Below, piece by piece: positions 1 through 9,429 of a stretch of DNA of 64,000 nt. The notes under the pieces were generated by a model. That model ran no database searches. It was not told where the DNA came from and saw only the letters and a list, made by a program, of their open reading frames with translations. The position numbers and the translations under genes are program-made. This DNA is from a virus (taxonomy: Duplodnaviria > Caudoviricetes). Where the stretch lies: positions 5,660 to 69,659 of the IMG/VR virus record IMGVR_UViG_2928503688_000006; one strand, written 5' to 3'. Each line of letters starts with the position of its first letter. The stretch's first letter is position 1.

Positions 1-23
1 CGTTTTGTGCAGGAGATTGCGAC

Positions 24-515
24 TCACGACTGATCTCCGGCAGATGCAGCGGCGTCGCGTTTTGCTTTGGCTTCATCGTAGTGCGCATCGCAGCAAAAGC
101 CCTGTCCCATCCACAGCATGTGCGAGGGATTACCGCAGAAGCACTTTGGAAAGGGTTCGGCCCGGTTCGCGTCAAACCAGAACTGAGCGTGCTTGCCGTA
201 GGGCGCATCGAAGTCAGGAAGATGGCCCGGTCCTTCCAGCGTGTTGACAATCCAACTGAGGCCGGCTTCTGCGCCTTTTCCATGCCGCCACTCGATGATC
301 GCCGACTGCATTGCGACCGTCTGATCGTGGATGATGTTCGCCAGTTCCTTGCTGAGTTCCCGCGCCCGCACTGCCTCTTCCTGCGCGGAGGGGGCGGGGT
401 CGAGAGCATTCGCGACTTCGAGCTTGAACGCGTCGAAATCGCAGCGGATCGCCGCCTCCCAAAGTTCGCCGGCTATATCGCGGGCTTTCATTGCTGCGTC
501 TGTATCGGTAGTCAT
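24..515 (-). CDS. Hypothetical phage protein with C-terminal Cys/His cluster
   Basis: 163-aa ORF with GGAG-like RBS; CFCGNP...CCDAH. Confidence 0.7.
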   Translation of the reverse strand: MTTDTDAAMKARDIAGELWEAAIRCDFDAFKLEVANALDPAPSAQEEAVRARELSKELANIIHDQTVAMQSAIIEWRHGKGAEAGLSWIVNTLEGPGHLPDFDAPYGKHAQFWFDANRAEPFPKCFCGNPSHMLWMGQGFCCDAHYDEAKAKRDAAASAGDQS

Positions 516-524
516 GTCGGGTTC

Positions 525-719
525 CTATTGTTCGATTGCTTCGCCGAATAGATCGGCCTGAGTCGGTTCTGGCTTACAGGCCATTGCTTGCAGACGCCGT
601 TTTGCTACCCACGACATCAGCGTTGCGTGCCATGCAGAATGCTGCGGGAATCGGCGTATATGCATGGCTTGGGCCAGATAGGTGCGCGCCATGCGTATGT
701 GCCATTCTCTTTCGCCCAT
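525..719 (-). CDS. Small hypothetical protein
   Basis: 64-aa ORF co-oriented with neighbours; ends QADLFGEAIEQ. Confidence 0.65.
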   Translation of the reverse strand: MGEREWHIRMARTYLAQAMHIRRFPQHSAWHATLMSWVAKRRLQAMACKPEPTQADLFGEAIEQ

Positions 720-807
720 TTCACTCTCAAAAAAGCGGGCCTGTACTAGCGCCCTTCAAAACGCCCCACGAGCGAGGGGACCGAAACGCCCGTGGATTGA
801 TGCTCGG

Positions 808-1503
808 TTAGACGTCGCCGACTGGCTGGGTCAGTTCGTACGGAACCGGCCTCGGAAACCATGTCGGCAACTGATCGAATACTTCGCGCATCTTCATGAT
901 TCCGCCGAACACTTCCAGATCACCCAGGCCGCTCACCACGAATACGAGCGCGCTATCGGCGTCCTTCGTGAAGAACAGGATCGCGCCGAAGTGCTGGCCG
1001 ATCGCGAGAGCGTCTTTCAGATAGGCCGGATTGATTGCGCCGGAAATCCCTTCGCTGTAACCGATCGCCGAGGCAACATTTTCGATGCGCGGGAAATTTC
1101 CCTCGATCAGCGAGTTGCCGGGCTGAATGAATTGCGCCTGCCCGTTCTCGTCATTGACCATCGCGGAGCCGTTCGACATCACATCAAGCGTGCTCTTGGC
1201 ATTACAGGTCTTGAGCCCGTCCTTCTTGATGGACAGGATCACTTCCTTCTCGGCGTAACCGTGCTGGTCACGGATAACCACATAACGATGACCATCCGTG
1301 GCAACGATCATCACTGCGCCATCCTCAAGCGGTCGGACATTGATCCCGTTCAGGTAATAGCGAATATCGTTCTGCGCCATGAAGGGAAATGCCACTTTGA
1401 TCGCCATCGCGTTCACGCGCGCTATCATGTGCGGGGCTTCGTTGGGATCGGCAGCCGCTACGCCGTCAATCGAAAGCTGCTCCTGCTCTGTCGTTGCGTT
1501 CAT
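808..1503 (-). CDS. DNA polymerase III beta-clamp-like protein (about two clamp domains)
   Basis: DIRYYLNGI...VATDGHR and IEGNFP motifs typical of DnaN; GAGG RBS before ATG 1503. Confidence 0.75.
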   Translation of the reverse strand: MNATTEQEQLSIDGVAAADPNEAPHMIARVNAMAIKVAFPFMAQNDIRYYLNGINVRPLEDGAVMIVATDGHRYVVIRDQHGYAEKEVILSIKKDGLKTCNAKSTLDVMSNGSAMVNDENGQAQFIQPGNSLIEGNFPRIENVASAIGYSEGISGAINPAYLKDALAIGQHFGAILFFTKDADSALVFVVSGLGDLEVFGGIMKMREVFDQLPTWFPRPVPYELTQPVGDV

Positions 1504-1590
1504 GCAATCCTCAAAATAAGAGGCTCCCACATCAGCCCGGAGAACACGCCGAAGCCAATTCCTGATAGCTGAGGGGAGCCGGTGAAGTGG

Positions 1591-2283
1591 TTAGGCGGCT
1601 TGCGACGGTGCAGGAAGGCCAAACGCGCGCAACAGGTAGGGATCGGGATCGGGCTGCCGGGCATACCACGCGCGATAATCGTATGGCACGTCGGCAATCG
1701 GTCTGCCAGCATGCTTGCCAAATGCCATATGCGTCGGGATACGTGATTTTTCAGAGAACTGGTAAACGTCTTCCCACGTCTTCAGGTCTTCTCCGCAATG
1801 CTCAATCACGGCATACAGAACGCGGACGCATAGGTAACAGTCTGCCAGCGCGTTGTGTGCGTCCCGAAGCTCAAGTCGCACCGCTTCGAGATTGCTTGCA
1901 AGCATGTAGCTCAGCGCGCCCAGCGTGTGAGACTCGGCATCCGGCCAGACCCGTCGTGCCATCGCCAACGTACAGATGCGCTTGACATTGAGCGATCCCG
2001 CAACCTCCCAATCAAAATCCACCTTGTGCCCGATCATGTATTGCATGTCGATCGGCAGGCGGAATTCCATGTTAGGTTCGCAACCCGCCAAATCAGACGG
2101 CAGGATATGATGGACTGCCATCGCGCCAAAACTGATTGCCTTGGTCGGTTGATAACGCTGGAGAAATGAATCTCGCGGCGCACTGTCGTTAAGATCGCCG
2201 CTCACCAGCAACCATGCCGCCTCGATAAGCTGCGGATCATCGGCGCTGGTAGTTTCGGTGTCGAAAATGTAGGCGGCCATCAA
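1591..2283 (-). CDS. DEDDh 3'-5' exonuclease (ExoX/epsilon-like) with C-terminal FGKH domain
   Basis: IFDTETT, GHKVDFDW, HNALADC motifs; MAFGKHAG tail. Confidence 0.85.
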   Translation of the reverse strand: MMAAYIFDTETTSADDPQLIEAAWLLVSGDLNDSAPRDSFLQRYQPTKAISFGAMAVHHILPSDLAGCEPNMEFRLPIDMQYMIGHKVDFDWEVAGSLNVKRICTLAMARRVWPDAESHTLGALSYMLASNLEAVRLELRDAHNALADCYLCVRVLYAVIEHCGEDLKTWEDVYQFSEKSRIPTHMAFGKHAGRPIADVPYDYRAWYARQPDPDPYLLRAFGLPAPSQAA

Positions 2284-2780
2284 CGGATCTCCAAACGGGT
2301 TTTTTGCTCAAGGCGAGCGCCCGGCACTACCTCGCCATTCTTCAGCGCCTCCTTTAACTTCGTCTTGTCCAGCATCGGGGGAGGCGGTTCGGGCGTTTTC
2401 AGGAATGACGGCGGCACCTTGGTTTCGTCGTCAAGCACGAGCGATGCCGGATTTTTCCTGATCGACAGCACAAAGAACGGCGATTCGATCTTCTGAAGCT
2501 TGGCGTGTTCCATGTTGGCCCGCAGATAATCCTTGATGTGATCGGCCTTCTTGCGGATCGCCTTGGAGCGCTCTTCCATCGATTCGATCTGCGTTTCGAT
2601 TGCTGCCGCGCTCGCTTCCAGATTGCGCACGAACATCGCGACATTAATGGACTTCTCTTCAATGTCGCCGCTGATCGATTCCAGCGTGTCCTGAAACGTC
2701 TGCTCGTCCAACCCCATTTGCTCAAGTTGGTCGAGTTGCTGGCGGTAATCACCCGCGATAGCGAAAAGACTCAGACTCAT
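2280..2780 (-). CDS. Siphovirus Gp157 family protein
   Basis: Coiled coil, then [10 protein letters not shown] and [19 protein letters not shown]; start coupled to ssb stop. Confidence 0.85.
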   Translation of the reverse strand: MSLSLFAIAGDYRQQLDQLEQMGLDEQTFQDTLESISGDIEEKSINVAMFVRNLEASAAAIETQIESMEERSKAIRKKADHIKDYLRANMEHAKLQKIESPFFVLSIRKNPASLVLDDETKVPPSFLKTPEPPPPMLDKTKLKEALKNGEVVPGARLEQKTRLEIR

Positions 2781-3118
2781 GATTGCCGGCCTCCTAGCAT
2801 TTGCATCGCATCGGCGATGATTTCGGTTGAATACTTGTCCTGTCCATCGCTGCCCTGCCATTTGCGGGTTCGAATGCGGCCTTCAATATAGAGTGACGAG
2901 CCTTTCTTGACGTGCTCCGAGACGATCTCAGCCAACTTTCCAAAGAAAGCTACGCGATGCCATTCAGTGACTTCTTTCGGCTCGCCGGTTGTCTTGTCCT
3001 TGTATTTATCGGACGTAGCGAGGCGTAGATTGGTGATCGCGTCACCACTAGACGCATATCGCGTTTCGGGGTCGGCCCCGACATTGCCGACGAGAATTAC
3101 TTTGTTGACCGATGCCAT
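2777..3118 (-). CDS. ssb: Single-stranded DNA-binding protein (OB fold, no acidic tail)
   Basis: [43 protein letters not shown]. Confidence 0.95.
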   Translation of the reverse strand: MASVNKVILVGNVGADPETRYASSGDAITNLRLATSDKYKDKTTGEPKEVTEWHRVAFFGKLAEIVSEHVKKGSSLYIEGRIRTRKWQGSDGQDKYSTEIIADAMQMLGGRQS

Positions 3119-3738
3119 TACGCCGCCTTCTTCAGTTCGCCCATACGCCGGTTGAAAGTTTCGTTCACCGCCGCCTTTTGTTCCTTGGTCAGACCGTTCA
3201 TGATCTTGACCAACTCCGGCACAGAATCAACGCTGTTCATCTGCTCGACAATTGCCATATCGACCGGATCTTCGGGGGCATCTGAACCTTTCTTTCCGCT
3301 TGGTCTCGCCGAGCCGCCCGGCTTATTCGATGCAGTCCGATCTCCGACGCCAGAGCCGGCGTTGCCATCGTCGTCGTCCTGATACAAGCCGGTGATGGCC
3401 GCAAGGGCATAGCGACGCCCATAGGTCATGGCGCTGCCGTATCCTTGTGGGTCTTGCTTGGGCAAGGGCATCACTAGCGTGTCCTCAAGCCATTCGCCGG
3501 ATTCATGCAGCAGACGAGTCGTCAAGTGCAACTTGCCGTCATCCGATGGACTAGGAGACTGAATGTATGAGATTCCCGCATCATTCAATGCCGGTTTGAT
3601 TGCATCAACGACAGCCGGCAAATCGGCATACTTATTCTTGAAGTGGGGATTCGTCGCGTCCTTCGACGCGAACTTTATTGCCTTCTGGGCCGCCAGAAAG
3701 GCTGGGGCAAATTTCGTCTGACTTTCGCTTGTTTTCAC
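3118..3738 (-). CDS. erf: ERF-family ssDNA annealing protein
   Basis: [11 protein letters not shown] and [15 protein letters not shown]...DDDG; GGAG RBS before GTG 3738. Confidence 0.9.
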   Translation of the reverse strand: MKTSESQTKFAPAFLAAQKAIKFASKDATNPHFKNKYADLPAVVDAIKPALNDAGISYIQSPSPSDDGKLHLTTRLLHESGEWLEDTLVMPLPKQDPQGYGSAMTYGRRYALAAITGLYQDDDDGNAGSGVGDRTASNKPGGSARPSGKKGSDAPEDPVDMAIVEQMNSVDSVPELVKIMNGLTKEQKAAVNETFNRRMGELKKAA

Positions 3739-3828
3739 GTTGTGCTCCGAAGAGTTCATACCATTCGAGCCATTGCTGCTGCTCTTCCTGTTCCTGCTGC
3801 TGTCGCCATCCGGGTCCGTCATCCTCTG

Positions 3829-5028
3829 TCATAACGGCGCTCCCACCAGTTCCTCGCCGACGCTCACCAGCTTATCGAACAGGAACGTTTGCAGTTCGCG
3901 TGTCATATCCTTCCACCCGTGGCGCAAATGGATGTATTCCTCGATCAGTGTCGAAGCCAGTTGCTTCGTGCCGCCCATATGGATGACGCGCTCGGCGATA
4001 AAAATCGTTTCGTCCTGCGCCAACCCCAAGCCGCCCTCACCCAAGCTTTCCACGAACTTGATCGGGTAAGCGCCGCGAATCTGGAAGCCGATCCGTTCGC
4101 AGAAGTCCAATGCGCGGTCAACGCTCATTTGCTGTACGCGCGTCAGGGCGATTTCTCGCGGGCTGAACTCCTTACTTGTTGCCTCCTTCCAGACCTTCAT
4201 AGCCGTCCGGTTGACCTTCAGCATCCGATCAGCCATGCAATCGCCCACGACCTTCAGGAATGTGGCGCTGGGCGGAATTCCCCAACCATGAAAATCCAGT
4301 CCACCTTCCAGCGTGTTATCGCTGGCCGTGATGACCTCGCGTAGCATCATTTCGTCACTGGCTTTCAACAGCCCGCGCGCGATTCGGTAGGCGGGTTCCC
4401 ACTGATTTTTTACCGTGCGGTCCTCGGTCAACTCAATATGTGAATTGTCGTTGTAGGTGTACAGACCCTCCTTGCTGAAGTCCTGCACGCGCACGCCACG
4501 GTAGTAGAACGTAGAGCCAGGTCGGCGGCGAATCTCGATGTCTCCGACTACACACGCTGGTTTGTCTTCCAGCAGATAGAAACTGGACTGCGAAAACACC
4601 GCGTCGAATTCCTCTCCCTTGACGATAATCCGCGTCGTGCCGGGTTCCGGCTCAGGCCACGTCATCATGCGTTCGGTATTGCCGCCTTCATCCTTGCAGT
4701 TGCAGGCAATCTCGCGGTAGGCCATCCACAATTCCCATTGCTTGCCTAGTTCGGTCGTAAAGCCGATTGGCTGAGGTGGCGCCATATCAACCGACATCTG
4801 CACGAAAATGAAGTTCTTACCGCGAACCAGTTCGTTCGCCACGCTGAATTCGATGCGCTGCGCGCCAGAGAAAATCGTTACTTCGTGGCCGGTTCGCAGC
4901 AGAACGGCAATGGCGTACTTCAGGCCGGTTCCGAAAAACCCGATTGGCGTATCACCTTCCTTGACGCTGACGCCGAAGGTCGAGATTGAAAGTACGTCAA
5001 TCTCGCCGGGATTTGAAAATACGATCAT
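3829..5028 (-). CDS. GHKL/HATPase_c-like ATPase with C-terminal EExxH segment
   Basis: IGFFGTGLKYAIA (GHKL G2-like box); LIEEYIHLRHG near C-terminus. Confidence 0.65.
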   Translation of the reverse strand: MIVFSNPGEIDVLSISTFGVSVKEGDTPIGFFGTGLKYAIAVLLRTGHEVTIFSGAQRIEFSVANELVRGKNFIFVQMSVDMAPPQPIGFTTELGKQWELWMAYREIACNCKDEGGNTERMMTWPEPEPGTTRIIVKGEEFDAVFSQSSFYLLEDKPACVVGDIEIRRRPGSTFYYRGVRVQDFSKEGLYTYNDNSHIELTEDRTVKNQWEPAYRIARGLLKASDEMMLREVITASDNTLEGGLDFHGWGIPPSATFLKVVGDCMADRMLKVNRTAMKVWKEATSKEFSPREIALTRVQQMSVDRALDFCERIGFQIRGAYPIKFVESLGEGGLGLAQDETIFIAERVIHMGGTKQLASTLIEEYIHLRHGWKDMTRELQTFLFDKLVSVGEELVGAPL

Positions 5029-5054
5029 CGTCGTTCCCCTTCTCTATTCGTGTG

Positions 5055-5261
5055 TTAGGTGGCGCTCTTGACGTCACCGCCCGTATCCAGTGATTCCAAA
5101 TTAATCGTTGCGCGTACCTTGACTGGCAACGTCAATTGGTCGCTGAAGACCGAGGAAAGCGCATCCATCACGGCGATCATGTCGTCAAAGTCAGGGTCGC
5201 TGTTTTTGATGAAGGCCTGCACGCGCTCCCCGAGAATCCGTTTGTTGGCTATAAGGCTCAC
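5055..5261 (-). CDS. Hypothetical protein
   Basis: 68-aa ORF coupled to upstream gene by overlap. Confidence 0.6.
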   Translation of the reverse strand: MSLIANKRILGERVQAFIKNSDPDFDDMIAVMDALSSVFSDQLTLPVKVRATINLESLDTGGDVKSAT

Positions 5262-5500
5262 GGTTCCATCCTCAAGTACTCGTTCGGATTTGTGACTTCC
5301 TGCACCATTTCCAGATATCGCTCTGCTTCTTGCCGGGCGCCGAAGTAACCAGAGTCACGCGAACCAGGTTCGATAAAACCGTCTTCGTCGGTGTGGAGTG
5401 TTCCGACATAGAAGCCGGCCGCCGATCGCAAGACCTGAAGTTCGGAATAACGATCCTTGTCAGGTACGCAGTCCAGATTCGTGACCATTGGCGATTTCAT
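5258..5500 (-). CDS. Conserved small phage protein
   Basis: 80 aa; LQVLRSAAGFYVGT...SRDSGYF; ATGA-coupled. Confidence 0.7.
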   Translation of the reverse strand: MKSPMVTNLDCVPDKDRYSELQVLRSAAGFYVGTLHTDEDGFIEPGSRDSGYFGARQEAERYLEMVQEVTNPNEYLRMEP

Positions 5501-5670
5501 CGCACACTCCCATAAGGCACCGCGCGACGCTGCACACGGTTAGCCGGGTGAAGCAGGTACTTTTCGCCCAGTGCCTCAATCGCCCGCGCGCGGCGTTCTT
5601 CGAGGGAATCCACGTACTCCGCATACTGTTTGAGCATCGCCTTGCGTTGTTCTTCGAATTCGTCACGCAT
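5497..5670 (-). CDS. Small phage protein, 57 aa (absent from ORF track)
   Basis: Manual translation MRDEFEEQ...KYLLHPANRVQR...; GAGGG RBS; stop overlaps next ATG. Confidence 0.7.
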   Translation of the reverse strand: MRDEFEEQRKAMLKQYAEYVDSLEERRARAIEALGEKYLLHPANRVQRRAVPYGSVR

Positions 5671-5671
5671 C

Positions 5672-5860
5672 TCACCCTCCCAAAATCTTCAAAATCACAA
5701 GGCCAGCGATGCAGAGCAAACCTCCAGCCACAGTCCAGGTTAATATCTCCGCGCGCTGCTGATCGTGCTGAATGTCGCGTTGGTCGGCGGCAAGAGCGGA
5801 ATAGCCGGCGTCAGAGATGCAAGTCGTGCAGCCGTCGTGGTGTTCGAGTGTGGCGCTCAT
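5672..5860 (-). CDS. Small membrane protein
   Basis: C-terminal hydrophobic helix ILTWTVAGGLLCIAGLVILKI. Confidence 0.65.
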   Translation of the reverse strand: MSATLEHHDGCTTCISDAGYSALAADQRDIQHDQQRAEILTWTVAGGLLCIAGLVILKILGG

Positions 5861-6150
5861 GATTGCCTCGCTTTTAGCATGGCGTCGGCGTACTCATAGG
5901 ACAGCGCGCATCGAATCTCCACATCAGATCGAATTGGCGGCTTGTACGACTCGTTGTACGGGTTTCGATTCCGATCGCGCGACCTTTCCATATCCATTCG
6001 ATCTTTGGTCGGCTCCGGGGCTCGGATTGCGAAGTAATCGCGCATCGAAACCCCGCCGCCAGCTATTCCATAGGGCGTACTGGACGCGTAACCATTTTCC
6101 GTACAGGGCTGCGGAAACGCAGGGCCGCCATCTTTTAGATGCTCCATCAC
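5857..6150 (-). CDS. Conserved phage hypothetical (GGPAFP...SMRDYFA type)
   Basis: KDGGPAFP, GVSMRDYFA, YEYADAMLKAR. Confidence 0.75.
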   Translation of the reverse strand: MMEHLKDGGPAFPQPCTENGYASSTPYGIAGGGVSMRDYFAIRAPEPTKDRMDMERSRDRNRNPYNESYKPPIRSDVEIRCALSYEYADAMLKARQS

Positions 6151-6359
6151 TTCACCCCCATAAAGTACCGAACCTCGGCAGCGATACGCGCCATGTGTTC
6201 GGCGGCTGCGTCGTCTTTTTTCGTCCAGCGATCGTCATCGTATTCGGCGGCGCGCTCAAATTCGGCTAGCGGCGGTTCCGTGTCGAGCGAAGCCTCTTGT
6301 CTCTGGCGGTCAAGGCGCTCGAATTCGAGCCATGCTTTCTGATTCAGATTCTTTCCCAC
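6147..6359 (-). CDS. Hypothetical acidic protein
   Basis: 70-aa ORF with GAGGAG RBS. Confidence 0.65.
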   Translation of the reverse strand: MGKNLNQKAWLEFERLDRQRQEASLDTEPPLAEFERAAEYDDDRWTKKDDAAAEHMARIAAEVRYFMGVK

Positions 6360-6744
6360 GATGTGTACTCCTCAATTCGGTTGAAGGTGATTTGCCCTCA
6401 GGGGATGACGCTGCGCGGCCCCAAACGCGGCAGTGAGATGGGATTACGCGAACACTTCTGATCGCACAACGTCATCCGCTCAAGGCGCCGGTCTTTCCCG
6501 GCTGTCCGATGCATCACGCACTTCTTTACTAGCGACGGGGCACAGCTTTTTCCTCACCGGAGGGAGCCACGCCAAGCATTTTCAGAAGCCGGGAAAGGTT
6601 CGGGATATGAGCCCGCCCATTGCTGGGAAACCCGTAACGCTGCATCTGCCGATGTTTCAAAGCTACCTTCGGCTGAGCGCTATGTTCGTGGCGGCGTCTC
6701 ACCGCTGCGGCGTATAGAAGCTAAGAGCGGCCGTCGCTTGGAAA

Positions 6745-6993
6745 CTACTGAAACCGGATCGTTGCGCCCTTCATCCAGCCAGAGCAAACGACTCCGCTAA
6801 CGAACTGGCCGGATGGCCCGCGCGCTTCAAAGCCGGTCGAAAACGTATCGTGCTTGTCGCAACCGAAGTACGAATATCCAGTGATATTGATATCCGTAAA
6901 GCCAGAGCCGGCTAGCGCCTTACGTGCTGCCGTTTCGTCAGTGCATGCTGCGAGTAACGTCAGCACTGCCAGAACCATTGCAATTCGTTTCAT
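6745..6993 (-). CDS. Small lipoprotein
   Basis: Signal peptide with lipobox LLAA-C; further Cys in GCD and VVCSG. Confidence 0.8.
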   Translation of the reverse strand: MKRIAMVLAVLTLLAACTDETAARKALAGSGFTDINITGYSYFGCDKHDTFSTGFEARGPSGQFVSGVVCSGWMKGATIRFQ

Positions 6994-7163
6994 ATCCTCT
7001 CCCTCACCCTTCCGACTTCGGCACCGACAACGTGCGCTGCCGGTTTGTGTGTTTCATCCTGTCCGCCAGCGCACTAACCCGGCACATCGGCCATACAACG
7101 ATCAGCATGGCTAGGGCAAATACACCGTAGACGCACAGGATTCTGATTACTAGCGGGCTCATG

Positions 7164-7544
7164 TCAGTCCTCGATTTCGATGGGAACGGCGATGGCTGTC
7201 ACGCGAATACCGTTGCCATCTGCGTTGCTTCGCGCGCCTTCCTCGGTGTCGAATACGGCAGCGCAGTTGCCATGGTTGCGAATCGTATTCAGGCGGGTTT
7301 CGTAGACATTTACCCAGACTGTTCTCTTCTTCGGCGCCATGAAGAGGTCAGAGCCATGCTCTGCGTCTCGGGTATATGCGCCGCTCTCGTAGTGCTGTCG
7401 AGCGCTATCCACTCCTTCGATAGCGACAATAACGCGCGACGATTCTTCGAACTCGGGCGCGTGCCCGATAAGTCGGGCAGAACGCCCGTCGCGCGTCACC
7501 AGCGGATCGCCAGCAATTGCTTTTTTCAAATCAAACGGCTTCAT
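7164..7544 (-). CDS. Conserved phage hypothetical (MKPFDL...TRDG type)
   Basis: Likely start ATG 7544; the longer track ORF overlaps other genes. Confidence 0.7.
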   Translation of the reverse strand: MKPFDLKKAIAGDPLVTRDGRSARLIGHAPEFEESSRVIVAIEGVDSARQHYESGAYTRDAEHGSDLFMAPKKRTVWVNVYETRLNTIRNHGNCAAVFDTEEGARSNADGNGIRVTAIAVPIEIED

Positions 7545-7596
7545 CTTGCTTGCTCCATATATGAGTCGCGAATGGCGTTCGTGACTGGTTTGCGCT

Positions 7597-7815
7597 TCAT
7601 TTGTTGGGCTTGATGAGGCCGCGCCATTCTTTGCCCTGAATCCCTGTGTACAACCAGTCTCGGGTGCGAATTTCACTAGCTCGCCCTCTTTGGCTACTCC
7701 ATTTCCCATCCCGCCAGAGAGAAAATCCTTCTCCCAATCCATCTGCGCGAGTTTTGTATACGCCCTCGCGGACAGGTTTCATCCTGCTCGGAAACCACTC
7801 AGTCAACTTTTTCAC
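7597..7815 (-). CDS. Trp-rich small phage protein
   Basis: GTG start; KLTEWFP..KPVREGVY...WRGL. Confidence 0.7.
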   Translation of the reverse strand: MKKLTEWFPSRMKPVREGVYKTRADGLGEGFSLWRDGKWSSQRGRASEIRTRDWLYTGIQGKEWRGLIKPNK

Positions 7816-7973
7816 GCCGCCTCCCAAGACCGCACGCAATACACCGTTTCGCCACACCGGGAGCGCGCGATAACATCAGCCTCGCGCCCGGCAATATGAT
7901 GTTTCGCCGCACAAGTCATTGCCTCGATGTGCGTCGAAAAGAACTGCTGCTTGAACGGACCCATCACAATCTC

Positions 7974-8150
7974 CTATCGCGGCGCAATAAGCCGCCCACC
8001 AGAAAACGCCACCTGTATCCGCGCCTTCGGACAGTGCGCAAGCTCAAACAGCGTCATCACCATTGCCGTCTTGCCGACCTTGACCAGAAATCTCACATGG
8101 CCGTCTAGACTCTTCGCGGCGGCTCGGTGCAATGCTTTCGAAATGCGCAT
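7974..8150 (-). CDS. Small basic protein
   Basis: AGGAG RBS before ATG 8150 (MRISKALH...). Confidence 0.55.
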   Translation of the reverse strand: MRISKALHRAAAKSLDGHVRFLVKVGKTAMVMTLFELAHCPKARIQVAFSGGRLIAPR

Positions 8151-8206
8151 GGCTGTCTCCTGTCCGATACTTTTGACCGGATACGGCGTTGTGGCTGGTT
8201 TATTGG

Positions 8207-8668
8207 TTAATTGTCGAACCAGAAAACGACTCGCTCTGTGCCGCGCGCTGCAAGCGCCTGCAATTCCTCGATGAACCAATCGCCAAGGAACTCGCACCAC
8301 GTTTGCGTAATGCCCTGCCCGGGTTCACAAGTTGCCGCACCGGTCCATGAGTTGGCGCTGGTTTGTTTGGTGTAGCGCCGGTCTTCCATCATGGCCGAAT
8401 AGTCGAACTCAATCAGTTCTTTCATCGTCAGCCATGATGGCGTGTGAGCATCGCATCCCCATGATTCGAATGAGCCCGCAACCTCAGCGCATGCAGTGGT
8501 CGGAAACCCGCGCGGCGGTGCAATCGGAGCGATTGCCGAGTAATTGCGAATGCCGGCCAGAAACGCGAAAACTCCGTAGGACCGGAAGTCAAAGATGTCG
8601 CACTTGACCAGAACCCACTTGCCTTCTTCATCCCGCCTTTCAGCGAATGCGTGTATGTCGCAGCCCAT
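8207..8668 (-). CDS. Conserved phage hypothetical (MGCDIH type)
   Basis: MGCDIH start, VFAFLAGIRN, HTPSWLT, RVVFWFDN end. Confidence 0.8.
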   Translation of the reverse strand: MGCDIHAFAERRDEEGKWVLVKCDIFDFRSYGVFAFLAGIRNYSAIAPIAPPRGFPTTACAEVAGSFESWGCDAHTPSWLTMKELIEFDYSAMMEDRRYTKQTSANSWTGAATCEPGQGITQTWCEFLGDWFIEELQALAARGTERVVFWFDN

Positions 8669-9416
8669 GTCCACTCCCGTAAGTCGTCCTAACAGCCACC
8701 AATATGGCGACGCGTTGTTTGATGTTCGGTAAGCCGCCTAGCGGGCGGCATCCCCTATCGCTATGCCCAAATGGGCCGAGTGGCATTCAGCAGTTAGGGA
8801 AGGTGGCAGTGTGCGACCTCCACCACTCACGGATGGCGCTCTCTCGAAGCGATTACGGAAGTACCGGAGTCATCCGCGCTAGCTAGGCGCAATCATTCTC
8901 TTTCGTCCCTGCATCCCCTCGCCTACACGGCCCTCCGCGTCCGGCTGACCCATTCGGTATCTGAGCTACACCTTCCCAAACTGCTGTTCAGCACTTCGTG
9001 AATGGCGCTGCATCTGGTTACGAACTCCAGATCCCTGGACCCCAGCTTCAAAGCACTTAAGCTCCACCGGGTCATCTTTGGCTCCAACGCCACGCTAGCG
9101 ATCCATGTTGGTCGCAAGCGTGCAGCGCCTTCTACGCCTACTGTGCGTGTCTCTCCACGCCGCACAACGCCATTCACGAAAAACTGCATCACACGCGGCA
9201 CTGGCAACACCCGACTTGTCGGCTCCAGCTACCGCGTGTTCTTCTGCCGCGCCGTCCAGCTACTTGCCAGGCGACTACCGCAGGCGCTCCGATTACTTCG
9301 CGATCGGTTGCTTTGTTCCGCGCCCCGAAGGGAATGGTTCGATGTTCTGTATCTCGTGTCCACCATGAGGACAACGCCCGGTTGCTCGCTTTCGCGTCCC
9401 GGATCAAAAACTTCGG

Positions 9417-9429
9417 TTGTTAAAGAGCG
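9417..9429 (-). promoter_or_regulatory. boxA antitermination site (CGCTCTTTAACAA) followed by a GAAA-loop hairpin
   Basis: Matches the GCTCTTTAACA boxA consensus on the leftward transcript; CGC-GAAA-GCG inside a CCGG stem about 10 nt downstream. Confidence 0.75.

Noticed and set aside
5460-5675. 71-aa track ORF
   Set aside because: The overlapping 5497-5670 frame has a better RBS, coupled stop/start and protein-like composition.
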